From: Azolla caroliniana
Taxonomy: Eukaryota; Plantae; Polypodiophyta
DNA: 64,000 nucleotides
Direction: 5' to 3'
Assembly: GCA_043228905.1 (NCBI GenBank)
Contig: JBHGNT010000010.1
Coordinates: forward strand, 5,952,001 to 6,016,000
Part shown: positions 61,869 to 64,000 of the stretch, in pieces
How positions within the stretch are numbered: position 1 is the first letter of the stretch
Layout: each line of letters starts with the position of its first letter
The notes under the pieces: generated by a model
What the model was told of the DNA's origin: nothing
The model's database searches: none
Seen by the model: only the letters and a program-made list of their open reading frames with translations
Translations under genes and position numbers: made by a program

Positions 61869-64000
61869 TAGCGATGGGCACAGTTCGGTTCGGTTTCTTG
61901 ACCTTGAAACCAAACCAAACCATACTAGTTATTCATAATAAAAACCAAACCAAACCATTTAAATACATTGAAGCCATTTTAACTGAACCGTTTAAAAGGT
62001 AGGAGAAACAAAACCGTTTACAAAAAAATTAGAACCAAACTGAACCAGTTTATCAAAAATCAAAACCAAACCAGTTTATCATACATCCAAACCAAACCAA
62101 ACCAAATTGTTTTTTACATAAGCCAACCATTGACAAATACGGAACTATAAATTGAACCAAACCAAATATTAGAACATCATAAAATAAATAGAAATTTACA
62201 ACATGTTTTCCAAAATTACTAATTTATGGAAAATGATAAGATATAACATAAACAGATAAATGTGTTTTGGAGTGATAACAAAAATCCATATAATAGAGTT
62301 CAAACTTCAAATCCATATAATGCAAGAACAACAATCCATAAATACATTGCGGGGTCCCCGAGATCTATTTATGGGCTGATGATAAGACAAAAAACAGGTT
62401 TCAAATGGGCCAATTTAATCAATGCCCAAGGGAATACATTAGCAAATTGGAAGAGATTTCTACGTAATGATGTGGGCACTCAAAAGGCTAGAATATGGAG
62501 GATAAACAGGGGTAAATGCATGCTAATGAGGATTACAGATGCCTTTGCACGCAACGGGCAAATCTTGGAAGATGCAGCCATAAGCCCCTCTGAAATGGAA
62601 TGGACAGGACTTATCGATGCTGAAAATTATATAATCGGAATTAAGGGAATGAAAGCCAGCTCTAATGAGGCATGCTACTACAAAATAGAGCATAGAAGGG
62701 TAATATGTGAGCAACCAACCTATCAAACTGAAAGGCCAATTAGGTTGCTTGCAAAAAATGGAAAGGCTATGATAGTTGACGCCGAACCGTGTGAGCTCTA
62801 ACCAACGACAATGTGTTGGCCGATAGAAGGGCATTCAAATCAGCTATCATGGGATCCCACGATGTATTTCTAGAAAACTCAAGGTCCAAGTGATGGTGCC
62901 AAGTTGGTGCAAATTTTCAAGTACAACACGAAAATCGGGAGGCAAATTATCCTAAAACAAGAACACCAAGATATTGCAGCTCGTAAATTTTGGATACAAG
63001 AGGGCATTAGTGAAAGGAGATTAGCTAAATTCTGGAAAATGATATGGCATGACATCGGTGACCGCAAGATAATGATGTGCTTATGGCTTATTGTGCATAG
63101 AGCCTTGCCAGTAGGGGTGTGGGCTAAAGGCCCCAATGTAGACCCAAGATGTAGTGCATGTGGACAACTAGAAAGAATTTCCCATTGTCTTTGGGAATGT
63201 CATGAGGCTACGGTAGTATGGAGAAGGGCATTACGATTGCTTTGCTATGCCTCTAGCTCATTTACCCTCAATTGGGGACATGCTTGTTGGAATTGTCTTG
63301 ATGATGACGTAGAGAAATTTGATAGCACATGTACAACTATATACAGAGGGGAGAATGGAACTATTCGAGTGATCGCTGGTAACAGTGCACCTAGAAGTAA
63401 TGCCCAGAAGCAAAAAATTGTAGATCTATGGATGTTGCTAGCACCCATTATCATATGGAACATTTGGAGCGCAAGATATACCAGGGTATTTTCAGCAAAC
63501 AAATGGCCTCCAGCAAAATCTATTAAGCTAATATGGCACATGCTAATAACTACATTGAGGGCCCAATATGAGCAGATTGATGCTTCAGATTTAATGAGGC
63601 TGAAATTCAGAAAACGATGGTGTACTACACCGATGGCTACAGAAATTGGAGTGGATATACGATGGCAATACGTAGTACCAAGATGGTTGTTCCCCCCTCC
63701 CATTAGATGATAGTGGGGCGTGAATGACACGACAAACATGGAGAACAAACATGTGGGCTATTTAGTGTAAGATAAATAAGTGATGTAGTCCATATGGAAG
63801 TAGGTAATGTCTAAAGTTGTGTATTGTATGTCATTTTAACTAATGGAGTATATTCTTCTTTAAAATAAAAAAAAACAACAATCCATATAATAGAGTTCAT
63901 ACTTCAAATGAAGTATTTCCAAATCCATAGGACCATATATGTAAACGAATGTTCCTCTTTCTATTTCCAATGTTTGAATAAGGGATTCCTGAATGTATAA
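61869..64000. mobile_element. hAT-type MITE (same TIR family as 22777-23472), interrupted by a LINE; right end not seen
   Basis: TAGCGATGGGCACAGTTCGGTTCGG terminus and AAACC repeats; sequence continuity across the LINE TSD. Confidence 0.7.
62341..63873 (+). mobile_element. 5'-truncated L1-type LINE (3' end of ORF2 with zf-RVT)
   Basis: WLIVHRALP, CSACGQLERISHCLWEC, WNIWSAR; A-rich tail at 63862-63873; 14-bp TSD AACAACAATCCATA (62327-62340, 63874-63887). Confidence 0.9.

Overview
Eukaryotic land-plant genomic DNA; the TE content and PLS-DYW gene style suggest a fern or other non-seed plant (inference). Bases ~1-18,100 are a nest of decayed LTR retrotransposons: one Ty3/Gypsy chromovirus-like element, several Ty1/Copia elements and solo LTRs. 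Bases ~22,000-58,000 are gene-rich, with five intact-looking genes: a 21-exon NADH-glutamate synthase (GLT1), a single-exon PLS-DYW PPR editing factor, a 6-exon At5g43822/C1orf109-like gene largely missed by the ORF track, a 6-exon RCL1 and a 2-exon sphingolipid delta-4 desaturase. Between them lie hAT-type MITEs with 8-bp TSDs, decayed LINEs, solo LTRs, microsatellites and minisatellites. The most unusual signal is a family of five 0.75-1.2 kb non-coding TGTCG...CGACA elements. All sit at CpG-centred 4-bp sites (ACGT/ACGG/GCGG), mostly inside other TEs, and two carry an antisense tRNA-like module. A decayed spliced ParB-like exon and a Copia Pol with a long C-terminal extension are also noteworthy. 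All calls were made by eye, without database searches.
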